From an uncultured Elusimicrobia bacterium (GTDB lineage: Bacteria > Elusimicrobiota > Elusimicrobia > Elusimicrobiales > UBA9959), in NCBI GenBank assembly GCA_903917735.1, contig CAIXBR010000093.1, positions 936-64,935 on the forward strand: 64,000 nt of DNA, given 5' to 3'. Position 1 is the first letter of the stretch, and the number at the start of each line of letters is the position of its first letter. Shown here one piece after another: positions 36,806-47,021 of this stretch. The notes beneath the pieces were generated by a model. It did no database searches, had not been told where the DNA came from, and worked only from the letters and a program-made list of their open reading frames with translations. A program made the position numbers and the translations under genes.

Positions 36806-37369
36806 TTATACCGCCAGGTCCACCTTGGGAGTTTCCCTTTCAGGGGAATCCGCGGGTAGTTCCCAGAGAACGGCGGGGCTGAAGCCCAGCATAGCGGCGA
36901 ACATATTGGCCGGGAAGACCTGCTGTGTAGTGTTGAATTTGGTCACCACATCGTTGTAGAACTGGCGGGAGAAACCTATCTGGTTCTCGGTGTGGGTGAG
37001 CTCTTCCATGAGGGTGCGGACCCCTTCGTTCGCTTTCAGGTTCGGATAGTTCTCGGAAACGGCCATCAACCTGCCCAGCGCCTGGGTAAGCATGCCTTCC
37101 TTGGCCATGATGTCGCCGGGGGCTCCGCCCTGTCCCGCCGATACGGCGGCCGCGCGGGCCTGGATCACGCGCTCCAGCGTCTCTTTTTCAAATTTCATCT
37201 CCCCCTTCACGGATTCCACGAGGTTGGGGATAAGGTCGTGCCGGCGCTTCAGCTGCACGTCTATCTGGCGGAACGCGTTGGCGACCTGGTTGCGCAGTCC
37301 GACGAGCCCGTTGAAAATAAACACTATCCAAGCGCCCACACACAGCAGAACTATGGCTAATATGGTCAT
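36806..37369 (-). CDS. lemA: LemA family protein
   Basis: QIDVQLKRRHDLIPNLV, ENYPNLKAN, RQFYN. Confidence 0.93.
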   Translation of the reverse strand: MTILAIVLLCVGAWIVFIFNGLVGLRNQVANAFRQIDVQLKRRHDLIPNLVESVKGEMKFEKETLERVIQARAAAVSAGQGGAPGDIMAKEGMLTQALGRLMAVSENYPNLKANEGVRTLMEELTHTENQIGFSRQFYNDVVTKFNTTQQVFPANMFAAMLGFSPAVLWELPADSPERETPKVDLAV

Positions 37370-37422
37370 TTTTCCTCCTGATATTCAACTTCCTAAATTT
37401 CCGGCCCCTGCAGGACCCTGCG

Positions 37423-38463
37423 CTACCTGGTAAGGATCTCGCAGCCCGCCCTGGTGACTAACACCGTATCTTCTATGCGCACGCCGAACTTCCCGTGCAG
37501 GTAAATGCCGGGTTCTACCGTCACCGCCATGCCGGCGCGCAGCGTGGCCTCCACTACGGTATTAAGCCGTGGGAATTCGTGTATCTCAAGGCCCACTCCG
37601 TGGCCGGTGCCGTGCATGAAGTACTGGCCGTAGCCGGCGTCGGCTATCAGGTCGCGGCAGACGGAATCCACCGCGCGGGTCCTGACGCCGTCTTTAACGG
37701 CCGCCACGCCCGCTTTCTGCGAAGCCGCCACTACGGCGTAGATCCTTTTAAATTCTTCCGGAGCCTTCCCGTGGAAATAGGTGCGGGTGATGTCGGAGCA
37801 GTAGTGCTCGTAGACGCAGCCGTAGTCCAGCAGCACGGCCTGGTTGTTCCTGAGCCTGCGCTCCGTGGTCACATGATGCGGCATGGCGGAGTCGGGGCCG
37901 AAGCCCACGATCATGTTGAACGAGGGGCCCTTGGCGCCCATGGACTGCATCACGTCCTCGAGCCGGCGGTAAACGGACATCTCCGTGCAGCCGGTCTTGA
38001 TATGAGGTTTCACCAGGCCGAAAGCTTTGGCGGCGATGCGGCAGGCCTTGCGCATAGCCTTCACCTCTTCGCCTTCCTTGACCGCGCGAAGAGCCCCGGT
38101 AAGGCCGCCCTTCTCCAGGATGCCGGCCTTGAGCCAGGCGGTTCCCCTAGAATAGGTCTCCGAGTCCGGTTCGAAAGCGGCGCGTTTCAGTTTTAATTCT
38201 TTTACCTTGTCAGCGGCCCAGGCGGCGGCGTTAGGCTCGGCGGCTACGGCGGTGGCGAAATCTATCTTGGACCTGAACTGGTCCACGAACATCTTGGGCA
38301 TGAAAACCCAGGCACCGGAGCGCGTGACCAGCATGATGCAGTCGTCCAGGTGAAAACCCGTAAAGAAGCCTGTCTCCAGGGTTCTGCCCATCAGCAGACC
38401 GTCAAGACCGTGCTGCTTAAGCATGTACTGCAGGTCTTTAATGCGCTTGGCGTGAATATTCAT
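37423..38463 (-). CDS. Xaa-Pro aminopeptidase (M24)
   Basis: MPHH, DYG..SDITRT, HGTGHGVGLEIHE, EPG, RIED. Confidence 0.92.
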   Translation of the reverse strand: MNIHAKRIKDLQYMLKQHGLDGLLMGRTLETGFFTGFHLDDCIMLVTRSGAWVFMPKMFVDQFRSKIDFATAVAAEPNAAAWAADKVKELKLKRAAFEPDSETYSRGTAWLKAGILEKGGLTGALRAVKEGEEVKAMRKACRIAAKAFGLVKPHIKTGCTEMSVYRRLEDVMQSMGAKGPSFNMIVGFGPDSAMPHHVTTERRLRNNQAVLLDYGCVYEHYCSDITRTYFHGKAPEEFKRIYAVVAASQKAGVAAVKDGVRTRAVDSVCRDLIADAGYGQYFMHGTGHGVGLEIHEFPRLNTVVEATLRAGMAVTVEPGIYLHGKFGVRIEDTVLVTRAGCEILTR

Positions 38464-38563
38464 GTTATTGAGCCTCACAACCCCGTAAAAACGGAATAGC
38501 CGCCGGCATAGCCGGAGGCAGGTTAATTATACTATTTTTGATATCAATAGAATGCGGACGGAA

Positions 38564-39331
38564 CTATTTTCCTTCCAATAGTTCTGCAAGCCGGGCAAAC
38601 CCGGGCAGCGATATCTCCTGCGCTCTTACAGCCGGTTTGAACCCGGCCTTTTCCACCGCGGCGGCGGCCGCGGCCTTGTCCAGGCCGCAGAGCCCAAGGG
38701 AGTTCACAAGCGTCTTGCGGCGGTGGGAGAAAGCTTTTCTGACCAACGCCCGGAACCGGGTCTCTTCGGCCTTGCCCGGGAAAAAGACCCGGGGGCGGAA
38801 CGCCAGCACCGAGGAATCCACCGCAGGCACAGGCTTAAAACTGCCCGCCTCCACGTCCAGCACCAGTTCGGCGCTGGCCCGGGCGGCGGTAAGCAGGGAA
38901 AGATATCCGTAATCGTGGTCTCCGGGCGCGGCGGTTATTTTGCGCGCCACCTCCCGCTGGAACATGAAGACCGCCAGGGTCAGCCCGCCGAAAAGCAGGG
39001 TTTTTTCAAGTATGGGCGTAGAGCACTCGTACGGCAGGTTGCCTATGAACGCGATGCGGCCAGGACCTGCTATTTTCCCCAGGTCCGCCGCCAGGAAATC
39101 AGCGTTGACGATGTCCAGGCCGCTGAACCTGGCGCGCAGGGCCGGCAGCAGCGCGGAATCTATTTCCACGGCCGTCATCCGGCTGCCATATTTGGGATGG
39201 AGGAATTCGGTCAGCGCGCCGCCGCCCGGGCCTATTTCTATCAGGCGGTCGAACTCGACGTCATCCAGCGCGCCGGCTATGCGGGCGCAGATATCTTTGT
39301 CTGCTAAAAAAACCTGGCTGTATTTGGGCAT
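38564..39331 (-). CDS. rsmA: 16S rRNA dimethyltransferase
   Basis: SQVFL, EIGPGGG, GNLPY, MFQREVA, RRKTL. Confidence 0.93.
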   Translation of the reverse strand: MPKYSQVFLADKDICARIAGALDDVEFDRLIEIGPGGGALTEFLHPKYGSRMTAVEIDSALLPALRARFSGLDIVNADFLAADLGKIAGPGRIAFIGNLPYECSTPILEKTLLFGGLTLAVFMFQREVARKITAAPGDHDYGYLSLLTAARASAELVLDVEAGSFKPVPAVDSSVLAFRPRVFFPGKAEETRFRALVRKAFSHRRKTLVNSLGLCGLDKAAAAAAVEKAGFKPAVRAQEISLPGFARLAELLEGK

Positions 39332-39342
39332 AATTTTGGGGA

Positions 39343-39414
39343 GCAGAATCGAGCGTAGCGAGAGTGTATTTGTCGAGCGCAGCGAGACTGTGTTTGTCGG
39401 GGGCCGCAGAATCG
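39343..39414. repeat. REP-like 24-bp tandem repeat flanked by a 9-bp direct repeat
   Basis: TCGAGCGTAGCGAGAGTGTATTTG and TCGAGCGCAGCGAGACTGTGTTTG; GCAGAATCG at both ends. Confidence 0.6.
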
Positions 39415-39458
39415 CATATGCTGTCTCATGGCCCGGGACTCCCGACTAATGACTTCTT

Positions 39459-40847
39459 TTATCTTCCCAGCAACTCCAGCTTCATCTTTATTTCTTCACC
39501 GAGTTTCCAGACATCCCCGGCGCCCAGCGTCAGGAACACATCACCGGCTTTCAGTTCCTTAATGGTTTCAAGAACTCCGTGGAATTCGGAGGCGGCAGAG
39601 CCGTTCTTCAGCAACTGTTTAAGGATAAGCCCCGAAGTGACTCCGGGCAGGGGTTTCTCACCGGCGGCGTAAACCGGAGCTACGTAAACCTTGTGAGCCG
39701 AACCGAAAGCGCGCCCGAAATCCCTGTACAGCAGGCTGGTACGCGTGTAGCGGTGCGGCTGAAAAAGCACCACCAGGCGGCGTCCCGGGAAAAGGCTGCG
39801 CGCGGCCTCCAGAGTGGCTTTCACCTCCGTGGGATGGTGCCCGTAATCGTCCACGAAGTCCACCCCGCCGGCGGCGCCCAGCCTGTCCATACGCCGCTTC
39901 ACTCCGGAAAAGTGCCACAGCCCGGCGGTCAGTTTCTCGAATTCAAAGCCCAGATAGCAGCCGGCGGCCAAAGCCAGCAGCGAGTTGCGCACGTTGTGCA
40001 CCCCGCCGCAGCGCAGGCGCACCGGGCCCCGCCGCTTACCGCGGAAGAAGGCCGTGTAAGAAGCGCCGGCTGAGTTCAGCACTACGCCGCGGGCGTTCCA
40101 GTCCGCGCCCGATGAAAGGCCGCAGGTAAGGTGCGGAGCCTTAAGTCCGGGCAGTATCTCGCGTATGCCGGGGTCGTCTGAGCAGAGCGCCGCCATGCCG
40201 TAAAAGGGCAGCCGCCCGAGATGGCGCCGGAAGGCGTCCTTAAGGTTGGCCATGCTGCCGTAATGGTCAAGGTGGTCGGAATCTATATTGGTGACGCAGG
40301 CGACGAGCGGAGAGAAATAAAGGAAAGAACCGTCAGACTCGTCGGCCTCGGCCACAAGGTATTCGCTGCGGCCCAGCTTCAGGTTGGAGCCAGCCCCTTT
40401 TACTATGCCTCCCACCACTACGGTAGCGTCGGCGCCGGCGGCTTCCAGCGCGGCGGCGGCCATGGAAGTGGTGGTGGTCTTGCCGTGAGTGCCGGCCACG
40501 GTTATGGTTTTTTTCAGCTCCGCCAGTTTTGAAAGCATCAGCGCCCTCTGCACCACCGGGAGGCCCAGCCTGAAAGCCTCTTTAAGTTCGGGGTTCTCCG
40601 GCCTGATGGCGGAACTGACTACGACCACGTCGGGAGAGCGGAGGGCGCGCGGAGAGTGGCCCGCGGTTATAACCGCCCCTTCCCGGGCCAGGGCCCTGGT
40701 TATTTCGGATTCCCTGGCGTCCGAGCCGGAAACGCGGTAACCCAACCCGAGCATAAGCCGGGCTATGCCGCTCATGCCTATGCCGCCTATGCCTATAAAG
40801 TGAGCTTTTTTTACGCCATCCAGCGAAAGCTCGGTGATATATTTCAT
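39459..40847 (-). CDS. murC: UDP-N-acetylmuramate--L-alanine ligase
   Basis: GIGGIGMSG, GTHGKTTT, EADESD, DDYGHHP, FQPHRY. Confidence 0.96.
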   Translation of the reverse strand: MKYITELSLDGVKKAHFIGIGGIGMSGIARLMLGLGYRVSGSDARESEITRALAREGAVITAGHSPRALRSPDVVVVSSAIRPENPELKEAFRLGLPVVQRALMLSKLAELKKTITVAGTHGKTTTTSMAAAALEAAGADATVVVGGIVKGAGSNLKLGRSEYLVAEADESDGSFLYFSPLVACVTNIDSDHLDHYGSMANLKDAFRRHLGRLPFYGMAALCSDDPGIREILPGLKAPHLTCGLSSGADWNARGVVLNSAGASYTAFFRGKRRGPVRLRCGGVHNVRNSLLALAAGCYLGFEFEKLTAGLWHFSGVKRRMDRLGAAGGVDFVDDYGHHPTEVKATLEAARSLFPGRRLVVLFQPHRYTRTSLLYRDFGRAFGSAHKVYVAPVYAAGEKPLPGVTSGLILKQLLKNGSAASEFHGVLETIKELKAGDVFLTLGAGDVWKLGEEIKMKLELLGR

Positions 40848-41407
40848 TTATTGGGCTCCATTCCGCCGATCCGCGCGTCCAGCCAGGCCCGGGCCGCCGC
40901 AACGGCCCCGGCCCAGTTTTCCTGCGACAGTTCGATCATAACAGTATCGGCCATTTTAGAAAAAGCTTCCTCGAAGACCGCGGCCCCCTTCCGGTAAAAA
41001 ACAAGGCAGGGCTTTCCGGAGAATATCAGTTCCACCGCGCGCGCGCTGAATTTCTCCGACCTCATGGCCATAGGGCCCAGTTCGTCGAAAAGCAGTATCT
41101 TGCCGGACGCGGCGGCGGTTTCAAGCGCGCCCAGCGCCGTATTCTCCAGAGCCCTCAGGTTCAGCCCGTATTTATTTAAGACCGAGGCGGAAAGCAGCTT
41201 TTTAGAGGCCAGGATTTCGCGGCCCCCGCCGAGAGCCTCTATCTCGAAGCCTTCACGGATGGCTCCGGCGCGTTTTTCCAGCGTGCGGAAGCCGCCCAGC
41301 CAGCGCCCGTAATCCACGCAAAGCCTGGCGCTCAGCCGCTCCTTCAAGGCGCAGTCCCTGAAGCTGAAAACCAGTCTGGCGACCAGGGGAACGGCCCGTA
41401 CGTCCAT
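40844..41407 (-). CDS. THEP1/NTPase_1-like protein lacking Walker A
   Basis: GGFRTLE..IREGF, KYGLNL, LFDELGPM; no GxxGxGK(T/S); TAATG overlap. Confidence 0.6.
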   Translation of the reverse strand: MDVRAVPLVARLVFSFRDCALKERLSARLCVDYGRWLGGFRTLEKRAGAIREGFEIEALGGGREILASKKLLSASVLNKYGLNLRALENTALGALETAAASGKILLFDELGPMAMRSEKFSARAVELIFSGKPCLVFYRKGAAVFEEAFSKMADTVMIELSQENWAGAVAAARAWLDARIGGMEPNK

Positions 41408-43032
41408 TATTTCTTTGCGCCCCCCAGCCACACTTTATTGGCCAGTGCGGTCTTGTTGCCTGGCTCCAAGCGAAGCGCGGCCAGGCACTCCACAAGCGCT
41501 TTGTCTTCGGAACCGGCCTCCACCCAGGCGGCGCTGCGGCCGAGGGCGGCCAGCGTTCCTCCTCCTGAGAACACGTCCAGCGCCGTGGCATGCTCTCCCA
41601 GCAGCAGATAGCCGAGCCCCCTGAGCGGCCCAATGTCTTCCCCGGCGAAAGAGGAACCGTCCATCTCCTCCAGGGCTTCGGACACGGTGTCCAGCCAGTT
41701 GTCTCCCATGACCCACAGGCCCATGTCGTTGCCCACGTCGCGCGGCATATAAAGCGCCTTGTTCTTACCGCCCTTATTCTCGGAAGGGGCCGAGGTTTCT
41801 ATATTGAAATTAAGCCTGGCGTCGCTTTTGGGCGAAATGCCCTTCATCAGTTTATCTGCCTCCGCGGCTATCTCTTCGGCGCGCTTCAGGCGCTCCCCGG
41901 GGGAAGCGGCCGGCAGAAAATATTCGCGCTTGGTATAGTTCACGCGCGGCTTGCGGAAGGCCGACTCCAGCTGGCCGCGCAGTTTTTCCCCTCCACCCGC
42001 CGGCTGCAGCGCGGTTTTAGGCGTTTCCAGGAGCTCCACGGTTATCCGGGCTTCCTGATCGGCGGGTATCTTCTTGAGCGCCGAAGCGAGCGGGCTGTCC
42101 TGCGCTTCAGGCGCGGAGGAAGGCGTCCCTCCGGCGTAAGCCAGTCCCATAGAGATGCCGCCCTTCTCGTTGGCGGGGGCCAGCAGGAAGGCGCGTTCCA
42201 GCACGCCCGGTATCTCCTTGGCGCGGCCCGATTTTTTAAGCGCCCAGCCGAGCCGGAACCTGGCCACCGAGTCGCCGGGTTTTATGGAAAGCGCCTTGCG
42301 GTAAAGTTTCACGGCGTCGCCAAGCCGCCCGTCGCGCTCCCTGAGCACGGCGAGTTCCAGCACAGCGTCTTCGTACTCCGGGAAAAGCGAGGCGGCCTTT
42401 TCAAGCTGGTCCGCGGCCTGGTCGTAGCGGCCGAGCCTGGAATAGAACATGCCGAGCTGGTAATGGTAAAGCGGGCTGGACGGCTCTAGCGAGGCGGCGG
42501 CTCTGAAATAATCCAGCGCCTTGTCCGTATTTCCCAGCGCCTGATAGACGGAGCCGGCGTTCATTTTTACGTCGGAACGGACCGGGTCCAAGCGTTCTGC
42601 TTCGAGAAAGTCCGAAAGCGCGTCCTGGTAAAGGGCGCCCCGCGCGCGCACTATGCCGCGCAGCTGGTACGCCATGGAACTGCGCGGGTCGAGGCGCATC
42701 GCCTCCTCGAATTCACCCAGCGCCTTCTCCGGCTCACCCAGCCAGTAAAGCGAGGAGCCGTAAAGCAGATGCGGCCACGGGCTTTCCGGGTTTTCCTGCT
42801 CGGCCTTGAAAAACTCATCGGCGGCGGCCGCGTAGTTCTCGCCGTCCATCAGGTCATAGCCCCGCCGGAGGTTCACCGCGCTCTGCTCCTCCATGATCCG
42901 GTCCCAGACCGTCTTCGTGCCTCTGCCCGAAGGGACGCAGAACGCCTGGGAGGAAGACAGCAGCAGCGCCGCGCTGATAAAATAAAGCGCGCTTCGTGGT
43001 ACGGCCCGGATGATCGTAGTCGGGATACGCAT
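41407..43032 (-). CDS. Exported TPR protein
   Basis: Signal peptide and several consecutive TPRs. Confidence 0.85.
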   Translation of the reverse strand: MRIPTTIIRAVPRSALYFISAALLLSSSQAFCVPSGRGTKTVWDRIMEEQSAVNLRRGYDLMDGENYAAAADEFFKAEQENPESPWPHLLYGSSLYWLGEPEKALGEFEEAMRLDPRSSMAYQLRGIVRARGALYQDALSDFLEAERLDPVRSDVKMNAGSVYQALGNTDKALDYFRAAASLEPSSPLYHYQLGMFYSRLGRYDQAADQLEKAASLFPEYEDAVLELAVLRERDGRLGDAVKLYRKALSIKPGDSVARFRLGWALKKSGRAKEIPGVLERAFLLAPANEKGGISMGLAYAGGTPSSAPEAQDSPLASALKKIPADQEARITVELLETPKTALQPAGGGEKLRGQLESAFRKPRVNYTKREYFLPAASPGERLKRAEEIAAEADKLMKGISPKSDARLNFNIETSAPSENKGGKNKALYMPRDVGNDMGLWVMGDNWLDTVSEALEEMDGSSFAGEDIGPLRGLGYLLLGEHATALDVFSGGGTLAALGRSAAWVEAGSEDKALVECLAALRLEPGNKTALANKVWLGGAKK

Positions 43033-43060
43033 ATGGTTTCGGGAGGTTCCGCCGCGCCTG

Positions 43061-44212
43061 TTATTTACCTACCGTTATAAGGCGCGGAGCGCTAAATTTA
43101 CCCTCGAAGTCCAGCAAGTCCACCAGCGCCACGCGCATGTAGTAGTCCCCGGGAGGAATAAGCCCGTTGAGATTGATAGTTTCAAAAGCGTCGTAATTCT
43201 TATCCAGCACCAGTGACGTGAAGGCCTGGCTCCTGGAAATCTGCAGGTGATAGCTCTGCACCGGGTTGCGGACCGAGAGCATCTTGACTATCTCGTTGGT
43301 GTCTATGTTCTTGCCGTTGGTATTGCCCGGGGCCGGCACGTTGCCTGTAAGGCCCTTCCCGCCGGGCAGCGCGGCCGCGGCGCCCGGAGTTTTGCCCATG
43401 TTCCTCATGTTCAGCGATATTTTACCGCCCGCGCTTATGAGCTTGGGGCCTGAGGAGGCCGTAAGTACCGTCTGGGACGCCTCGAGCTGCAGCAGAGGAG
43501 GCAGTTTCACCGGGTCGGACGGGGGCATATCCACTTTAACCTCGGCGGCGAAACCCGCCAGCACTTCCACGCTCTTTCCCTTCGCCTCAACGTTGGCCCT
43601 GCCTTTGGTTACCTGCACCAGCGTGGTCAGGTCTTCTTTTATCTTTACGCCGAACTCCGTATCCTTGGTCCTGGGTGTGATCCTGGCGGAATCGGTCAAC
43701 ACCCGCGAGCGCACCGAGCGGATCTCGCCGGCTTTAAGCACCACGTCGGTATTCTTCATGTCGGGCGGGCGGAGGATCACGAAGGTATTGGGGTAAAGAT
43801 TGAGCACCTCGCCTGTATAGAATTTAATATCGGCCCGGGCGTCCACGCGCGTGCGCACCGTGTCGCTCTTGAAAAGGTCCATCCTGTCAGCCACGCCCTG
43901 CCAGTCCGAAGCGCCGGTGCGCCGAAAAAGCACCTCATTGACGAAATAGACGAGCTTGGCAGCCCTGAATTGTTCCTTTATAAGGCGCACCGGGACTTTC
44001 AGGGACATGCCTGGAAGGGCGATGGACGGGTCCCCTGAAGGCAGTTTATTATACTTCAGTATCTCATTCCATTTCTGCGGGTCTTTAAGATAGGTGCTGG
44101 AAATGCTCCAGAGCGTATCGCCGGGCTTAACGATAACGATCTGCAGTTCCTCGGCGTGCAGGGACGGGCCGGAAATAAAAAAAACCAGCAGAGCAGAAAG
44201 CAGGCTCCTCAT
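43061..44212 (-). CDS. LysM plus FecR-like exported protein
   Basis: VKPGDTLWSIS LysM; FecR-like beta domain; C-terminal Ig-like segment. Confidence 0.8.
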   Translation of the reverse strand: MRSLLSALLVFFISGPSLHAEELQIVIVKPGDTLWSISSTYLKDPQKWNEILKYNKLPSGDPSIALPGMSLKVPVRLIKEQFRAAKLVYFVNEVLFRRTGASDWQGVADRMDLFKSDTVRTRVDARADIKFYTGEVLNLYPNTFVILRPPDMKNTDVVLKAGEIRSVRSRVLTDSARITPRTKDTEFGVKIKEDLTTLVQVTKGRANVEAKGKSVEVLAGFAAEVKVDMPPSDPVKLPPLLQLEASQTVLTASSGPKLISAGGKISLNMRNMGKTPGAAAALPGGKGLTGNVPAPGNTNGKNIDTNEIVKMLSVRNPVQSYHLQISRSQAFTSLVLDKNYDAFETINLNGLIPPGDYYMRVALVDLLDFEGKFSAPRLITVGK

Positions 44213-46353
44213 GCGCCCCCCTTAACCACCACCTGCCCGGCGTCGTTTTTCGCCAGGTTTTTGGGAATGGAGAACATGAACTTGGCGCCGTGGCCCACTT
44301 CGGATTCAACCCAGACCTTCCCGAGATGGGCGGTGGCCACGTATTTGCAGATGGTAAGCCCCAGGCCAGTGCCGCCGGCCTTCTGGCCTTTAACCTGCTC
44401 GAACTTCTCGAAGACCTTGTCCAGGTATTCCTGCGGGACGCCGTCGCCGGTGTCGCGTACCCAGGCCGTCACCGTATCCCCGCCGTCGGCTATGCCGGTG
44501 GTTATAACGCCGTCCTCCGGGGTGAACTTGATGGCGTTGCCGATAAGGTTGGTGAACATGCGTTCCATAAGGCCGGAGTCGGCGTTGACAAGGATGTTCT
44601 CCTCGCCCTCCAGCTCGAAGCGGATCTTCTTGCGCTGCCCCAGCGACTCCATCAGGGAGGTCGCCCTGGAAGCCACCTCCCTGAGGTTGACCGGGGCCAG
44701 GGAGATCTCCATCTTGCCGGCCTCCATCTTGGCCGAATCGAGGATATTGTTTATCATGCCCAGCAGGCGGAAAGAGGCGCGGTCTATGGAGACGAGCATC
44801 TTCCTCTGGGACTCGTTTATCGGCCCGGGGATCTCCTTGATCAGGAATTCCACGAAGCCTTTTATGGCGCCCATCGGGTTGCGCAGGTCGTGCGTGACGG
44901 AGTGGAGGAAATCGTCCTTCATGCGGGCCAGTTCCTTATCCATGGTTATGTCGTAAAAGGCCACCAGCCTGCCCAGCGGGTCCGGGTGCCCGGAGGTAGT
45001 TATCGGGATCGAGAAGCACTTGAAGAAGCGGTGGGAGTGCTCCAACGAAATTTCCAGCTCGCGGGTGTGGCCTTCCTTGCGGCTTTCAAGCACGTCGCGC
45101 ACCGCCTCCCGCATGTTTTCTTCGGATATCAGGTCGTAGAACTGCTTTCCTTCCACCACGGTAGTCTGGCTTATCCCCAGCACGGACCTGGCTTTGCGGT
45201 TCGCCACCTGTACCAGGCCTTTCATGTCTATCATGATCATTCCGTCTTCGGTGGAAAAAAGCAGGGCCTCGGTGTTCTTCTGCTCGCGTATGATGCGGTC
45301 CACCTGCATATCCGAGTAGGTTTTCAGTTGCGAGACCATCTTGTTGAAAGTCTCGGCTAGGTCGCGCAGCTCGTCGGTAGTCTCTACCTCGGCCTTGCGG
45401 GAGAAGTCCCCCGCCGCCACATGTTCCGCCGCGCGCGTCAGAACGGTTATCGGTTTTGTGAGGCTGCGGCTGAGAAACCAGGCGGCGGCCACAGCCAGGG
45501 CGAGGAAGAGCAGCACGGCGTAAATGGCCTGGCGCTTCATGAACATCGCGTAGCGGTAGGCGCTATCCTGCGGCTGGCTTACCACTACGGCGCCGCCCAG
45601 CTCGGAGATAGGGGAATAAGCTCCAAGCATGGCCCGGCCGGTCTCGTCCGTGAATTCGGCCGAACCGGAGGAAAGGGCCTTTATAGCGTTCTTCGAGATC
45701 TGCCACTGCGCCGCGGCCGCAGCGGCGGCCCCGGGCAGATCGCCGGGCCAGGCTATGGGCAGGCCCGAACCGTCAAGTATTATAGGAAAACCGTCGGCCC
45801 CCACGCGCTTAAGGTCCAGGGAATCTATGAAAGAAGCCAGGTCCAGCTCCGAACGCAGGGCCATTTCTTTGCCGAAAGGGTAGTAGAAAACCGCCAGCCG
45901 GGCCTGGCCGTCCACCAGAAGGGTGTGCCGTCCTCCGCGCGCCGCCTTGAAGCCCGAGTCATCCGCGTATTTTTGAAGCTTAGCCCCCCCGGCGGCGGCA
46001 TAGGGGGAGACCAGCTTAATGACCTCGGCGCCGTCGCGCGACAGCACCGAAATCTCTTTAATTTCCCTGTGCGTCTCCAGAAGGGAGGAAAGCATGGTCT
46101 GCTTGTTCTCCCAGTCCATCTGCGACATAGCCGCCATGGCCGTGCGCAGCGAGAAGTCGGCGGCGCGGATGTAGGCGTTGAATTCGGAGGCGATCTTCTC
46201 GGCCGCGGTCAGGTGCAGCTCCAGTATGGCGGTCTTGACTCCCAACTGGCCCATACTGATCAGGCGCAGGCCAAGCAGGACCATCGGAAGGACAGAGACC
46301 AGGACCAGCACGGCCACGAATTTATGAAGGAGCCTTAATTTTATAGTCTTCAC
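44209..46353 (-). CDS. Cache-HAMP-PAS sensor histidine kinase
   Basis: Two TMs, HAMP (DELRDLAETFN), THDLRNP H-box, NAIKFT, GTGLGL. Confidence 0.92.
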   Translation of the reverse strand: MKTIKLRLLHKFVAVLVLVSVLPMVLLGLRLISMGQLGVKTAILELHLTAAEKIASEFNAYIRAADFSLRTAMAAMSQMDWENKQTMLSSLLETHREIKEISVLSRDGAEVIKLVSPYAAAGGAKLQKYADDSGFKAARGGRHTLLVDGQARLAVFYYPFGKEMALRSELDLASFIDSLDLKRVGADGFPIILDGSGLPIAWPGDLPGAAAAAAAQWQISKNAIKALSSGSAEFTDETGRAMLGAYSPISELGGAVVVSQPQDSAYRYAMFMKRQAIYAVLLFLALAVAAAWFLSRSLTKPITVLTRAAEHVAAGDFSRKAEVETTDELRDLAETFNKMVSQLKTYSDMQVDRIIREQKNTEALLFSTEDGMIMIDMKGLVQVANRKARSVLGISQTTVVEGKQFYDLISEENMREAVRDVLESRKEGHTRELEISLEHSHRFFKCFSIPITTSGHPDPLGRLVAFYDITMDKELARMKDDFLHSVTHDLRNPMGAIKGFVEFLIKEIPGPINESQRKMLVSIDRASFRLLGMINNILDSAKMEAGKMEISLAPVNLREVASRATSLMESLGQRKKIRFELEGEENILVNADSGLMERMFTNLIGNAIKFTPEDGVITTGIADGGDTVTAWVRDTGDGVPQEYLDKVFEKFEQVKGQKAGGTGLGLTICKYVATAHLGKVWVESEVGHGAKFMFSIPKNLAKNDAGQVVVKGGA

Positions 46354-46377
46354 AATCTTTTGATTATAGCAAAAGGT

Positions 46378-46989
46378 TCAGCCGATACCGCCATCGCAAA
46401 AAAACCGCAGCTGGGAGACCAGTCCGTTCAGCGCGCGCGCGCGGTGGCTGAGCCCGTTCTTTTCAGCGGCCGAAAGCTCCGAAAGGGTCCTGGGGCCGGC
46501 CCCCACCTGGAACAGCGGGTCATAGCCGAAGCCGTTAAGTCCTCTGGGGGCGGCGGTTATACTGCCCTCCAGCGTTCCCCGCGAGAACCGGAGTTCCCCT
46601 GCCGGGGAGGCTAAAGCCATGACGCAGGCGAAGCGCGCCGTACGTTTTCCCGGGGGCACTCCGGCCAGCGACGAAAGCAGCAGCGCGTTGTTCTCCGCCG
46701 CGCCGGCGTTTTCACCGGCGTAGCGCGCCGAGCGCACCCCCGGCGCGCCGGCAAGGGCGTCCACCTCAAGGCTGGTGTCATCGGCCAAAGCCCACAGGCC
46801 GGTAAAGCGCGCCGCCGACAGCGCCTTCCTGGCGGCGTTCTCTTCAAGCGTGGCCCCGTCCTCTTCGGCCGGAACGGCGCCGGGGAATTCGGAAAGCGCC
46901 CTGAACCTGAGCGGCAGCGGCGGAAGCAGCGCCCGTATTTCTTCCAGCTTATGAATATTGAAGGTGGCAATGACCAATTGTTTTCCCAT
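46378..46989 (-). CDS. rdgB: Non-canonical purine NTP pyrophosphatase
   Basis: ATFNIHKLEE, ADDTSLEV, GFGYDP, SHRARA; start moved to MGKQL. Confidence 0.93.
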   Translation of the reverse strand: MGKQLVIATFNIHKLEEIRALLPPLPLRFRALSEFPGAVPAEEDGATLEENAARKALSAARFTGLWALADDTSLEVDALAGAPGVRSARYAGENAGAAENNALLLSSLAGVPPGKRTARFACVMALASPAGELRFSRGTLEGSITAAPRGLNGFGYDPLFQVGAGPRTLSELSAAEKNGLSHRARALNGLVSQLRFFCDGGIG

Positions 46990-47021
46990 GCGGTGAAAAA
47001 AACAAGCGCAAATATAATAGA

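Noticed and set aside
39343-39414. CRISPR array
   Set aside because: Only two adjacent units with no unique spacers, and no cas genes
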